Assembly (NCBI GenBank): GCA_046482545.1
Contig: JAWOEX010000022.1
Location: forward strand, 53,817-117,816
Direction of reading: 5' to 3'
Source of the DNA: Candidatus Thorarchaeota archaeon
GTDB taxonomy: Archaea; Asgardarchaeota; Thorarchaeia; Thorarchaeales; Thorarchaeaceae
Length of the DNA stretch: 64,000 bases
Position 1 is the stretch's first letter; every line of letters begins with the position of its first letter. Positions 47,253-56,567 of this stretch are shown here, in pieces. The translations under genes and the position numbers were made by a program. The notes under the pieces are model-generated. The model searched no databases, was not told the origin of the DNA, and worked only from the letters and a program-made list of their open reading frames with translations.

Positions 47253-48410
47253 GTGAAAATCCAGAAGATAAACTCCTTAATACGACACATATCAAATGTT
47301 TTTGGGAATGTGTTAGCTGAGCGCGGTCTCTTAGAATCGAAGCTCTTCCCCATTTCAGAATATATCAGCTTGTCTTGTTATCATTGCTATTACAATCAGT
47401 ATGAACTGATGAAACGTGTATTTTCTGAAGTTTCTCCAGAAGAACTGGCGAAAAGGAGCAAAAGACTATTGTCGGATATTCACGCGTTAAGCATCACCTA
47501 CTGCTGGCTATACTGGTCGCTCGGCAGAATGGGAATGATTTTCAACGAATATGGTAGTGACCCCGCCCAAGAATCCGAGGAGAAGCAGGACCAATGGAAA
47601 TGGATGTTGGAAACTTGGTACCGCCTTGCTACCAGCTACTTCAATACTGGAGAACCTACTGTTGCAAAATCAGGTTATCGCAATCTGGCATTTGAACAAG
47701 ATACAATCGACTGGTTGTTAGCGAACCGACAATCGGTCAATGAAAAGCAGACTAAATCCGTTCGAAGAGCACTTGGATCTGTTGACCTGTATGCTTTCAT
47801 AGATGAGTGTGATGCCAGGGCGAAGCTCATCGACCATGGTCCTTATCCTGTAGATGAAAACGAGATCCTTGTTGTATCAGAATACACCCGACTTCATGAT
47901 GGAAATGGAGACTCATGGCTACCTTGGTCTGATACCGAATCTGAGCTTCCTACGTCTTCTCTTGGGGTTGCAATGACCCTAAGAGATGTAGGCACCACCT
48001 TCAATGATGTTGGTACAATGAGTATCGAACCGAGTAACTATTCTGGTCATGTAACTGGTATAACTGCATATACCCAAAAGAACGCCAAGATAGTCCTGTT
48101 GGACTTGGATGATCTATCTGAATATGCCGAAGCCGCCGATGCGGCCCAAACCGAACTTTACATAAAATTCGCTGAATGGGAAAAGAAGGAGCTCATGCTT
48201 GCTGGTGCTATGGCATACTGGAGAGGTTTGGCTAGGTATACTGATGCCGTAGGCATTACTGATGAATTCGAATGGACAATCTCTGACAAAGTACAAGAGA
48301 AATACATTCCCTTCTTTATGGAAAATGATGCTGACCCTGCATTCATTCGATTTGGCAGGTTCGATGAAGAAATGGAGGAGGACCCCACACTCTATCTCCT
48401 CCCCGAATGA
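47253..48410 (+). CDS. Hypothetical protein
   Basis: 385-aa ORF with good coding appearance and no recognisable motif. Confidence 0.4.
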   Translation: MKIQKINSLIRHISNVFGNVLAERGLLESKLFPISEYISLSCYHCYYNQYELMKRVFSEVSPEELAKRSKRLLSDIHALSITYCWLYWSLGRMGMIFNEYGSDPAQESEEKQDQWKWMLETWYRLATSYFNTGEPTVAKSGYRNLAFEQDTIDWLLANRQSVNEKQTKSVRRALGSVDLYAFIDECDARAKLIDHGPYPVDENEILVVSEYTRLHDGNGDSWLPWSDTESELPTSSLGVAMTLRDVGTTFNDVGTMSIEPSNYSGHVTGITAYTQKNAKIVLLDLDDLSEYAEAADAAQTELYIKFAEWEKKELMLAGAMAYWRGLARYTDAVGITDEFEWTISDKVQEKYIPFFMENDADPAFIRFGRFDEEMEEDPTLYLLPE

Positions 48411-48434
48411 CATTGAAAACGGAGTGCTATTGAT

Positions 48435-49328
48435 ATGAATTCAGTAAGCAAAGATGACGAGTTTCTGCATGAAGCTGGCGACCGAGACGATTGGCGAGAA
48501 AGCTACTACTTCAACTGGGTGGATTCTCAATCAAAGATATCTGGATTTAGTACGATTGGCCTTCTCCCGAATCTGAAGAAACGGGAGATTGTGTTTGTTC
48601 TCTTCTATGATGATAAGCGCGAGGTCTACTTCTTGGAACCAGAGGGAGAAATTGTAGATGAAGTTGATGAGGGCATTGGAGATTCTATTCTATCCTATGA
48701 TCTCATCAATCCACTCAAAAAATGGCTCTTATCCTATAATCGGGGAGATATTTCTGTTGAACTTTCTTGGGAAGGCCGTTTTCCCTGCTATGATTTTGGT
48801 ACGGGAAGTGGAACTTCTTGGGAGGGCCATTTCGAACAGTCCGGAAAAGTAAGTGGACGAGTTCATTTACCCGATGGCCGTGAATTGAATGTCCAGGGAT
48901 ATGGTGAGCGCGACAAAAGCTGGGGATACCGAAACTGGCACATTGATGCTTGGTATGCTTTTCATGCTCAATTCAAAAATTTCTCCATCGGTCTTAGGAG
49001 GGATTTTGTTGATGGCGAGTTCTATTCATCTGGTGCTATTTCAAATGAAGATGGTCATGTTCCTATCAAAAAGGTAGAGCTTGAGACAGAATATCTTGAG
49101 AGTCAGAATGGAGTGCCGTTTGGAGCGGTGACTGTTATTCATGGTTCTGACGGCAGTATCTATGAAATGAAATCTCGAACTCTTTCTCAGAACAGCTTTA
49201 TCCGTTTTGAACGCGATTTTAGCAAGGGGAAGACTGAGCTATTTGAAAACATGGCTCTTCACAGGAACACACAAACAAATGAGGAAGGTACTGGCCTTTT
49301 GGAATGGCTGTTCACTCATCCCGAATAA
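48435..49328 (+). CDS. Hypothetical protein
   Basis: 297-aa ORF rich in W/Y/G (…ERDKSWGYRNWH…), possibly a beta-rich fold. No family assigned. Confidence 0.4.
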   Translation: MNSVSKDDEFLHEAGDRDDWRESYYFNWVDSQSKISGFSTIGLLPNLKKREIVFVLFYDDKREVYFLEPEGEIVDEVDEGIGDSILSYDLINPLKKWLLSYNRGDISVELSWEGRFPCYDFGTGSGTSWEGHFEQSGKVSGRVHLPDGRELNVQGYGERDKSWGYRNWHIDAWYAFHAQFKNFSIGLRRDFVDGEFYSSGAISNEDGHVPIKKVELETEYLESQNGVPFGAVTVIHGSDGSIYEMKSRTLSQNSFIRFERDFSKGKTELFENMALHRNTQTNEEGTGLLEWLFTHPE

Positions 49329-49402
49329 TCTTCCATCTCTATTTCGGAAATGACCAACTACAAATTTGATTGGTTGTTTCATATAGGAATGGTGGATAAG
49401 AA

Positions 49403-49870
49403 ATGAGGGTCTACCTAGTTCAACACGCACAAGCACTATCTGAGGAAGAGGACAAATCTCGTCCGTTGTCAAACGAAGGTGAAGAAAATATTTCCAGAAT
49501 GGCCAACTATGCTGAGCAACAATTGAACCTCTCAGTCGATCAGATTCTTCACAGTGGAAAGACACGAGCAAAACAAACAGCTGACGCCCTAGCAAAGAAA
49601 CTGAAACCTCCTGAAGGTGTAACACAGGGTAAAGGTCTGAGCCCACTTGATGATCCACATAAATGGGGTGAACACATTCAGGAGGCAAATCGCGTCCTAA
49701 TGCTAGTGGGTCATTTACCTCACTTAAGCCGATTGGCTAGCTTTCTTGTATGTGGCAAAGAAGTTGACGAAGTGATATCTGTCCAAAATGCTGGACTCAA
49801 TTGCTTAGAGAAAACTGAAGACGGTACGTGGGTTGTTCGATATGTGATAACACCCGATATGCTTCCATAA
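49403..49870 (+). CDS. Histidine-phosphatase-family protein, SixA-like
   Basis: N-terminal RHG-type motif variant VYLVQHAQA and a later H (LVGHLPH). 155 aa. Confidence 0.55.
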   Translation: MRVYLVQHAQALSEEEDKSRPLSNEGEENISRMANYAEQQLNLSVDQILHSGKTRAKQTADALAKKLKPPEGVTQGKGLSPLDDPHKWGEHIQEANRVLMLVGHLPHLSRLASFLVCGKEVDEVISVQNAGLNCLEKTEDGTWVVRYVITPDMLP

Positions 49871-50128
49871 CTAGAAGCGTGACAGAGATGTTGCATTGAT
49901 TCTTTGTTGTTGTATGGGGTTGGTATACCGGTCTGTTCAGTATCATAGATAATCACTCGAAACCATTTTGAAGGGGCATGTATGTGAAACCATGCCCAAT
50001 CCATTAATCACTCATGAATCTGGTCTCACACTCATAGAGAAGAGTCGTTATTAGTTGTATTTTTACTACATACTCTTTGCTTTTCTGATTATTTCGAGCT
50101 TGACTCCGCATCTTGCACACCTAGAAAT

Positions 50129-50157
50129 ATTTATATATGTGTACGACACAGTACTGT
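50129..50157 (+). promoter_or_regulatory. TATA-like box followed by a 10-bp perfect palindrome, upstream of padR
   Basis: TTTATATAT (50129-50137), then ACAGTACTGT (50148-50157), about 65 bp upstream of the padR start. This fits an autoregulatory PadR operator overlapping the promoter. Confidence 0.35.
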
Positions 50158-50222
50158 ATAACACTTAGTGAATGGCGAAATATAATGATGTATTATACTG
50201 AACGTCCAGAAGGTGGTTTCGA

Positions 50223-50591
50223 GTGAGTAAACCCCCTAAGAAGGTCTTGGACGAATTTGAACGCTGGTCAAAAGAGGTCAAGCGAGGAGCAGCTTCGCTT
50301 GCCATTCTAGCTGTGCTTGAAGAACAAGAAGCCTATGGATACGAAATCGTACGACAACTCAGTGATAGGGTTTCGTTTCTTCAATTGGAGCAAGGAACAG
50401 TATATCCCTTACTCCGACGGCTTGAGAAGAGAGAACTGCTTGAGAGTGAATGGAACTATGACCAACCGTCCAAACCAAAGAAGTACTATAGGCTGACTGA
50501 CGCAGGGCAGAAAGCTCTTGAGATGATGATGGAGACTTGGGCCATTCTTTCCCAAGAAATGAACAAGCTGATGAAAGGAGTTGAATTCTGA
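50223..50591 (+). CDS. PadR-family transcriptional regulator
   Basis: Winged HTH with the PadR signature (…AVLEEQEAYGYEIVRQLSD…GTVYPLLRRLEKRELLESEW). Confidence 0.8.
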   Translation: MSKPPKKVLDEFERWSKEVKRGAASLAILAVLEEQEAYGYEIVRQLSDRVSFLQLEQGTVYPLLRRLEKRELLESEWNYDQPSKPKKYYRLTDAGQKALEMMMETWAILSQEMNKLMKGVEF

Positions 50592-51703
50592 TGGGTGAAA
50601 CACCGATAAAGATGATTGAGAAGTATTTGGAACGAGTTCGCGTCTATCTGCCAGTAGGGAGTGAAGACACGTTAAGGGAAATGAGAACACATTTGATTGA
50701 GGAAGCAGAGCGGCTTGGGGATGGGAAGCTGACACACGGATCAGCTATGCTTGCCGTTGAACGTTTTGGTGATCCAAAGGATGCAGCCAACGCCTATGCA
50801 GGCACCGGCAAGAAAGTCGGTCCCGTACCCAAAGAATATGTTCCCCCTCTGTTACGGATAGCATTGGCTCTTATTGCGCTGGGTGCTGCTTTTGCAGTAG
50901 CTAGCTACATCGTAGGGTTTGCGATACCCGGATTGGGAAATGTCATGGTTTTCCCGTACAATGTTGCGGTTATGGTTATCATATCGCTGATTTATGCGTT
51001 TGCTATTATCGGTGGGCTTTCCTTGCTTGATAGAGGGAGGATGCCGACCGAAAAGACATTCTTGGAAAAAGCATTCGGTATTGGGGCTGGTGTCTTCAAG
51101 CCTAAGAGTCGCTGGGAATCAGCTGGTGAAGCTGTCATGGGTGTAGTATTCGCTATAGTACTACTACATCCTGCAATTCAGCTCCTTTTCCCTGATAGTT
51201 TTCTTGTTTTTCTCTATGCAGGAATCGTCTTGGTTATGCTTGACGCGCTCAAGGGACTCTTGTTCTTCCTGTACGGTGAGAACAACATTAACTTGGTTAT
51301 TCAAGCTCTTGTTGCAGTGGGATGGGTTATTTTGGCACTCTTCCTGATTAATGTACCATGGCCGGTTGAACAAGTGTACGCCTTTGACGGTGAGCTCAAT
51401 CTGTGGATTCTGATGACCCTCGAGGAACTTGATACACTGATGGGCAACGAGTTGAACCTCTCCTTAGTGACCAACATTTTCTGGGTCTTCACAGTCTTCG
51501 TGATCGTGATAGCGAACATGTGGGAGGTACTCATTTCAGTGATGAAGGTGCCCATGTACTTAGAAGCAGGAAAAGGATGGTGGTGGAAGGAGACGAGACC
51601 AGGGATGCCCTCGTGGTGGCCTTTTCAGGAGAATGATGTGCGTACGGAAGAGATACCAGAATCTGAACCTGATAGCTCGAGGTCTGCCAACGAAAATCAA
51701 TAG
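50591..51703 (+). CDS. PadR-associated membrane protein (HAAS/DUF1700-like N-terminal domain)
   Basis: N-terminus IEKYLERVRVYLPVGSEDTLREMRTHLIEEAE, then six or more TM helices. It is translationally coupled to padR. Confidence 0.55.
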   Translation: MGETPIKMIEKYLERVRVYLPVGSEDTLREMRTHLIEEAERLGDGKLTHGSAMLAVERFGDPKDAANAYAGTGKKVGPVPKEYVPPLLRIALALIALGAAFAVASYIVGFAIPGLGNVMVFPYNVAVMVIISLIYAFAIIGGLSLLDRGRMPTEKTFLEKAFGIGAGVFKPKSRWESAGEAVMGVVFAIVLLHPAIQLLFPDSFLVFLYAGIVLVMLDALKGLLFFLYGENNINLVIQALVAVGWVILALFLINVPWPVEQVYAFDGELNLWILMTLEELDTLMGNELNLSLVTNIFWVFTVFVIVIANMWEVLISVMKVPMYLEAGKGWWWKETRPGMPSWWPFQENDVRTEEIPESEPDSSRSANENQ

Positions 51704-51939
51704 CTGTACCCTACACCAACTACGGGGGACTTTGTCCCCCTTCTTTTGAAATCTGTAGAACAACCTATAGAATGAACTGATTCTTTGTTTCGATATGGGT
51801 GAGCTAGTGTTGTAACTTCGTTTCGGAAATTGCATTTCATTAGTAACTTAGAACACGTGTTCCAAAAAACGCTTCTCTCGCTTTTTATTTGGCACCAGAA
51901 GCCATCCTATTATCAAGCAGACTCATTCTGTATGCTTCG

Positions 51940-52326
51940 CTATGGATTTTGTTTTCGGATAGCATATCCGTATACAACCACTCCCCAACCCCAAGAAACG
52001 AAGATACCCAGAAGCGCAATAAAGCTGAATAATCTACCATCGGTCAAATGATGCTGGAGAAACCATACACCGAATGTAAGGGCAATAGGCGTTATGCATA
52101 TCGAAAGCCCGATATTGCAATAGTAGTCGCCTGCGGCTCTGCAGCTCAGCGAGCAATAGTTGCGTCGGCAGGTTCCACCCCAGAGGCACCTATCGAAATA
52201 GTCAACAGGTTTGCCACACCAGGCACACCGCTGTGTGGGATCTCCATATTCCCCCTTCCGAGGAACATCCGATACGTCCATGCTATTTACCACTACGTGA
52301 CTATTGCAAATCTGGATAAAAATCAA
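51940..52326 (-). CDS. Hypothetical zinc-ribbon membrane protein
   Basis: CAWCG…C…C…C cluster, then two TM helices. Low-complexity, uncertain ORF. Confidence 0.3.
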   Translation of the reverse strand: MIFIQICNSHVVVNSMDVSDVPRKGEYGDPTQRCAWCGKPVDYFDRCLWGGTCRRNYCSLSCRAAGDYYCNIGLSICITPIALTFGVWFLQHHLTDGRLFSFIALLGIFVSWGWGVVVYGYAIRKQNP

Positions 52327-52583
52327 TTTCGTTTTTGAACCGAGGTTATGGAGGTGCCATTGCTACTGCTCTCAGTGATTCCGGCATCTTGTCGATAGTG
52401 TATCTTAGAGTTCATCTAGCTACCTGCGTACTAAAAAATTCCATATCTTTTATTGAAGTATTTTAAAGTATCATGAATCTTTGAATCACAAATCAGGAAA
52501 TATGAGGCATATAAATTCGCATAATTCACTTTGTTAATTCAGATTCGTTAAAAATGTACAAGACCAACTATACATGATGAAAG

Positions 52584-53870
52584 ATGAAGAAATTGCGCAC
52601 GCTAACCAAAGTTGTGATGGTCGCAGTTCTCTTCCTTTTAGTCACCTCTATCACTGTAGTATACGCTCAAGAAGATGGCGAAGAGGATAGTGATGACGAT
52701 GACTATGAAGAGGAAAACGAACCTGAGTATGAACGAGACGAAGCGGGAACTGTATGGATACAAACTTCTGTAGTGACAGTGATGCTAGATTCACAGCAAC
52801 CTGCGTATCAGTACTGGTACAGTGCAGACGAGAACGGAAGTCTAGCCCGATTTCGCGTGGCATATCCGATGATTATCGAGTTCGAGGATAATAACGGAGA
52901 CAGTGCTTACCAAGTGAATGAGACTATTGGATTTGTACCTCTCGGTGCATTCGAATGGACACTTCAGACAGGGTCGGTAACGAATGACGAAGGACTGAAC
53001 GAGGAGGTCTATGCATCATATACAAAGGGCGGTATTTCGGGCAATGATTGGGATGATGATTGGTATGAAGATTGGATGCCTGAAACCGAGGAGAATGACA
53101 CTGATGATGAAGATGATGAGCAAGACCCTTTTGCCCTTGCAGATGAAGACTCTGACGATGATGGAGTGAATCTGACCAAGTATGAAGATATGACCGTGCA
53201 ATTCTACGCTCATATCTATCTGAGTGACTACAATGGTTCCGTTACCGATGATGCGGGTGTACAGGCAAACTACACCGTTAGCGCAGGAACTGAACTCAAG
53301 ATAGACATCGAAATCGGTAATTTCCCGTTTAGATCAAACACCTCAAAAGTGACAGTCCTGAACTTCTTGCAGGAGGACATCGCTGCCAGTGAAGACTCGA
53401 ATCATAAGTTCGTAACGAATGAAGACGACGGAGAGCACGAGTACGAATCCGAGGATGAGTGGGAATCTGGTGATGAAATGGGAGAGACATTTGATGATGT
53501 GGATGAAGACGATGACGGGGAGGACGACGATGTCCAGAATATCTCGCTTGTTGAGAATTCAACAAATACCACGCGAGCTTTCTACTCGTGGTTGAACAAG
53601 GCCATAATCGATTTCCCAAATGGAACAACAAACGCAGTTGATGTCAAAGCATCATATTTCACAACTGGTGAAGCTCTACTACTCTTCCTTGCGTATCCAA
53701 ATTTCGATGATGGATCTCTGGTTCATGACCCGTCAATGAAACTCGTGCCTGAGTCATCGCCAGTTCAACAACCGACAAGGAACCTACCAGCAATTCCTCT
53801 TGAGGTTGCTATTGGCGCATCTGCTATAGGCGTAATAGCTGTAGCAGCTCTACTAATACGGAAGCGGTAA
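52584..53870 (+). CDS. Secreted, highly acidic cell-surface protein with a C-terminal TM anchor
   Basis: Signal peptide (MKKLRTLTKVVMVAVLFLLVTSITVVYA) and D/E-rich blocks. The C-terminal hydrophobic helix is followed by RKR. Confidence 0.5.
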   Translation: MKKLRTLTKVVMVAVLFLLVTSITVVYAQEDGEEDSDDDDYEEENEPEYERDEAGTVWIQTSVVTVMLDSQQPAYQYWYSADENGSLARFRVAYPMIIEFEDNNGDSAYQVNETIGFVPLGAFEWTLQTGSVTNDEGLNEEVYASYTKGGISGNDWDDDWYEDWMPETEENDTDDEDDEQDPFALADEDSDDDGVNLTKYEDMTVQFYAHIYLSDYNGSVTDDAGVQANYTVSAGTELKIDIEIGNFPFRSNTSKVTVLNFLQEDIAASEDSNHKFVTNEDDGEHEYESEDEWESGDEMGETFDDVDEDDDGEDDDVQNISLVENSTNTTRAFYSWLNKAIIDFPNGTTNAVDVKASYFTTGEALLLFLAYPNFDDGSLVHDPSMKLVPESSPVQQPTRNLPAIPLEVAIGASAIGVIAVAALLIRKR

Positions 53871-53942
53871 AATAAGAAGGGAGGATTCCACTTCCTCTCT
53901 TGATATTTCTTGATGCATAGATGAAGGGAATGGCGAGTCAAC

Positions 53943-54953
53943 ATGGCTATAGACAAGAGAAAAGCATTCTTTCTCATATTGGCGGCATTTTCCGTACTAC
54001 AATTCCTTGTACCAACCAATCAACCATATATCATCTCCCAGACTACTGATGGAATCGTCGAAACTAGAAATGCAAGAATTGAGGTAACGCTTGGCCGAGA
54101 AGAGAGCATGATTGATTTTACGACAAAGGTAACCAACAAAGGTGAAGATAGTCTGAATCAGCTTGAATTCCGTTTTGATATTCGCCAGATGGAGTTACAT
54201 TCCAGTATGGTCGGTGGCAACAATGTATCTGGCACACTACATCCCGAGGATAGATTTACGGTTCTGCGGTTATCTGTGCAAGATCCAATTGAAGCTAATA
54301 CCACAAAAAGCATAGAAGTGCATCTTTCAAGTGAAACATTGACTGAGCGTTTAGGGTTACGAAACAATGGCACGCTAGAACAGTATCAGATGATTTACTA
54401 TCTAAGACCAATCAATGAGCATTATAACCTAACCTTTTGTGTGAATCTACAAGCCCATGCTGTGCTGAATAGTGAGAATTCCGCTTCTCTCTTTCCGAGA
54501 CCAGATTCCAACTATACCGATGGGAAATCAATGGGTTTCGTATGGAAGGTGGAGCATATCTCGCCCGGACAAGCCAAATCTTTCATAGTGAAATACGGAC
54601 TTCCTGTTACATTAATTCAGTCATCCGCGGATTCTCCATATGGGATTTTGTTCCTGATACTAGCCGGATTTGGAGGAGCAGCACTTGTGCTGATTCTACA
54701 GAAGATGCCTGACGTAATACGCAGCTTTCAGCCCCAAGTATACACATTCAACGGATCTTCCAGGAATGAAGAAGAGATTCTTCGATTGATAACACGCAAA
54801 GGTGGAACCTGTCCACAAAAGGTGATATACGAAGAACTCGATTTCTCACAATCCATGGTCAGTATGCTCCTGAACGGTCTTGAGGAGCGAGGAATAGTAC
54901 GGAGATTCAAAGATGGCCGTCACAACGTGGTCCATCTTGTTGAGAAAGAGTAG
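53943..54953 (+). CDS. Single-pass membrane protein with an extracellular domain and a cytoplasmic winged-helix (MarR/TrmB-like) domain
   Basis: Signal/anchor at the N-terminus and a TM helix ILFLILAGFGGAALVLILQ. The C-terminal wHTH is …EEEILRLITRKGGTCPQKVIYEELDFSQSMVSMLLNGLEERGIVRR…. Confidence 0.5.
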   Translation: MAIDKRKAFFLILAAFSVLQFLVPTNQPYIISQTTDGIVETRNARIEVTLGREESMIDFTTKVTNKGEDSLNQLEFRFDIRQMELHSSMVGGNNVSGTLHPEDRFTVLRLSVQDPIEANTTKSIEVHLSSETLTERLGLRNNGTLEQYQMIYYLRPINEHYNLTFCVNLQAHAVLNSENSASLFPRPDSNYTDGKSMGFVWKVEHISPGQAKSFIVKYGLPVTLIQSSADSPYGILFLILAGFGGAALVLILQKMPDVIRSFQPQVYTFNGSSRNEEEILRLITRKGGTCPQKVIYEELDFSQSMVSMLLNGLEERGIVRRFKDGRHNVVHLVEKE

Positions 54954-55133
54954 GTCCCGCGAACCATATGGAATGGGCAATAACTGTCGCATCGAGATTG
55001 CATCTGAGATGATGATTTCCTGTTATACTTGATATCTCATATACATATGGTTCCTGTAGATTTGAGTAACCAACCCCATCTAATCGATTACAAATTACCA
55101 GTATTTCCTTTGATAGGGTACAGATAATACCAC

Positions 55134-56210
55134 CTACCGTACAGTTTCTAGCCCCTCCATTATCGACTCTCCATGAAGCTTCCGAAGTTTTCTCCTTAGG
55201 AAGGCCAAGGTGACGTATTGCTGAGAGATTGAAAATGTCATTTCGGGGGAGAGATAGAAATTCCTTACAGCTCCAATTGAGTCTGTAAAGCGCCGATCGT
55301 AGTTCTCAATCCATGATAAGAAATTCTCTACTCTGTAGAAGCTACTGAATGTCACCAGATTATACCTTTCCTTGCTGGCTTCTATCATCATTGATATGTG
55401 TGGATCATTTTGGAGTGTGGAAAGAATCCGTCTCCTTCTCTTTCTTATTTCAAGTAGGGAAATAACTAAGAAATACTTGGGTGGAACCCACACCCTGGGG
55501 AAACGGCACACAGGTTCAGATACTATTCCCTGCTCTTGAAACGTCTCTATTCTTCTTTGTATTGTGCGGCGGTGCTTGCCGAGTTTTCTTGCAAGTTCAT
55601 TCGGATTTGTCTTGATTGCCTTACCTTGTGAAAGTGCTTCCAGTATTTCAACCGTTATCTCATCAAGATCCATACCCTTTATGTGACTATGATGTCCCTT
55701 TTCGAAATTCTCTTTGAAAACCTGCATCGGAGCAGATGGGTTATATTTGATAATAGACTCTGAACTGAGATAGATGGGATCAGAAATGATATGCTCTTGA
55801 CCACGGGGCAATGAGATTTTATGTTCTTCAACGGCTTGATTTTTCCAGACTTGATATGAATGAAGGTCTTCATGGATTTCTATCATCAAAGTATTGTATT
55901 CTTCTTCCTTTACAAAAAATGCGGCCCAAATTTGCGGGTCAAGTTCAATCCATTCATTAGTTCTAGGATTTCGGGGGAAATTAGCTCGTTCTATGACTAA
56001 AAGAGGAAATACCTTGAACAGATAGGGAGCTGGTTGAAATGGGCGGTCAACAAGCCCTTTACTGAAGATATTCTCCAGGCGCGATGAGATTGTGTTTCTA
56101 TGGTGGCCCAATAAACTTGACAGTGCGCTTATGTTGATGTCTATTCCCTCACCTGATACTATCAGGTCTAACAGACGAACGTTCAATTCCTCGTTTAGGA
56201 GTTCGCTCAA
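55134..56210 (-). CDS. Transcriptional regulator with two winged-helix (Lrp/TrmB-like HTH) domains
   Basis: N-terminal HTH (…LLDLIVSGEGIDINISALSSLLGHHRNTISSRLENI…) and a second HTH (…ITVEILEALSQGKAIKTNPNELARKLGKHRRTIQRRIETF…). Confidence 0.5.
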   Translation of the reverse strand: MSELLNEELNVRLLDLIVSGEGIDINISALSSLLGHHRNTISSRLENIFSKGLVDRPFQPAPYLFKVFPLLVIERANFPRNPRTNEWIELDPQIWAAFFVKEEEYNTLMIEIHEDLHSYQVWKNQAVEEHKISLPRGQEHIISDPIYLSSESIIKYNPSAPMQVFKENFEKGHHSHIKGMDLDEITVEILEALSQGKAIKTNPNELARKLGKHRRTIQRRIETFQEQGIVSEPVCRFPRVWVPPKYFLVISLLEIRKRRRRILSTLQNDPHISMMIEASKERYNLVTFSSFYRVENFLSWIENYDRRFTDSIGAVRNFYLSPEMTFSISQQYVTLAFLRRKLRKLHGESIMEGLETVR

Positions 56211-56306
56211 TTATCACTGCCTCCATCTATTCCTCTTATTGATATTACCCTTAGATACTATTCGCTTCTGAATATGACACTAATTTACACATATCAGTAT
56301 AAGAGG

Positions 56307-56362
56307 TATAAAAATGACGTGTCTCTCACAAAACTACACACAATTTTGATGAAACACGTCAT
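56307..56362. promoter_or_regulatory. TATA-like box plus a 9-bp perfect inverted repeat in the divergent regulator/gdh intergenic region
   Basis: TATAAAAA is followed by ATGACGTGT (56314-56322), 31 bp of spacer, then ACACGTCAT (56354-56362). It lies 100-150 bp upstream of the minus-strand regulator start. Confidence 0.3.
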
Positions 56363-56567
56363 AAATATTGGGAAACATGTTGATTTCTGACATTTATCAT
56401 CCATTTTTATCCCTTTCCTGTACATCAATTACTTCCTAAATGTTATTCTATGTCACATTATTGTCTATATAATGAGCCAATTCTATGATAAAATATGTCA
56501 TTTAAGTTCAATTACAGTACAATAAATTTATATCTCATTTACAATGTAATGTAATTGTGTAATATCC

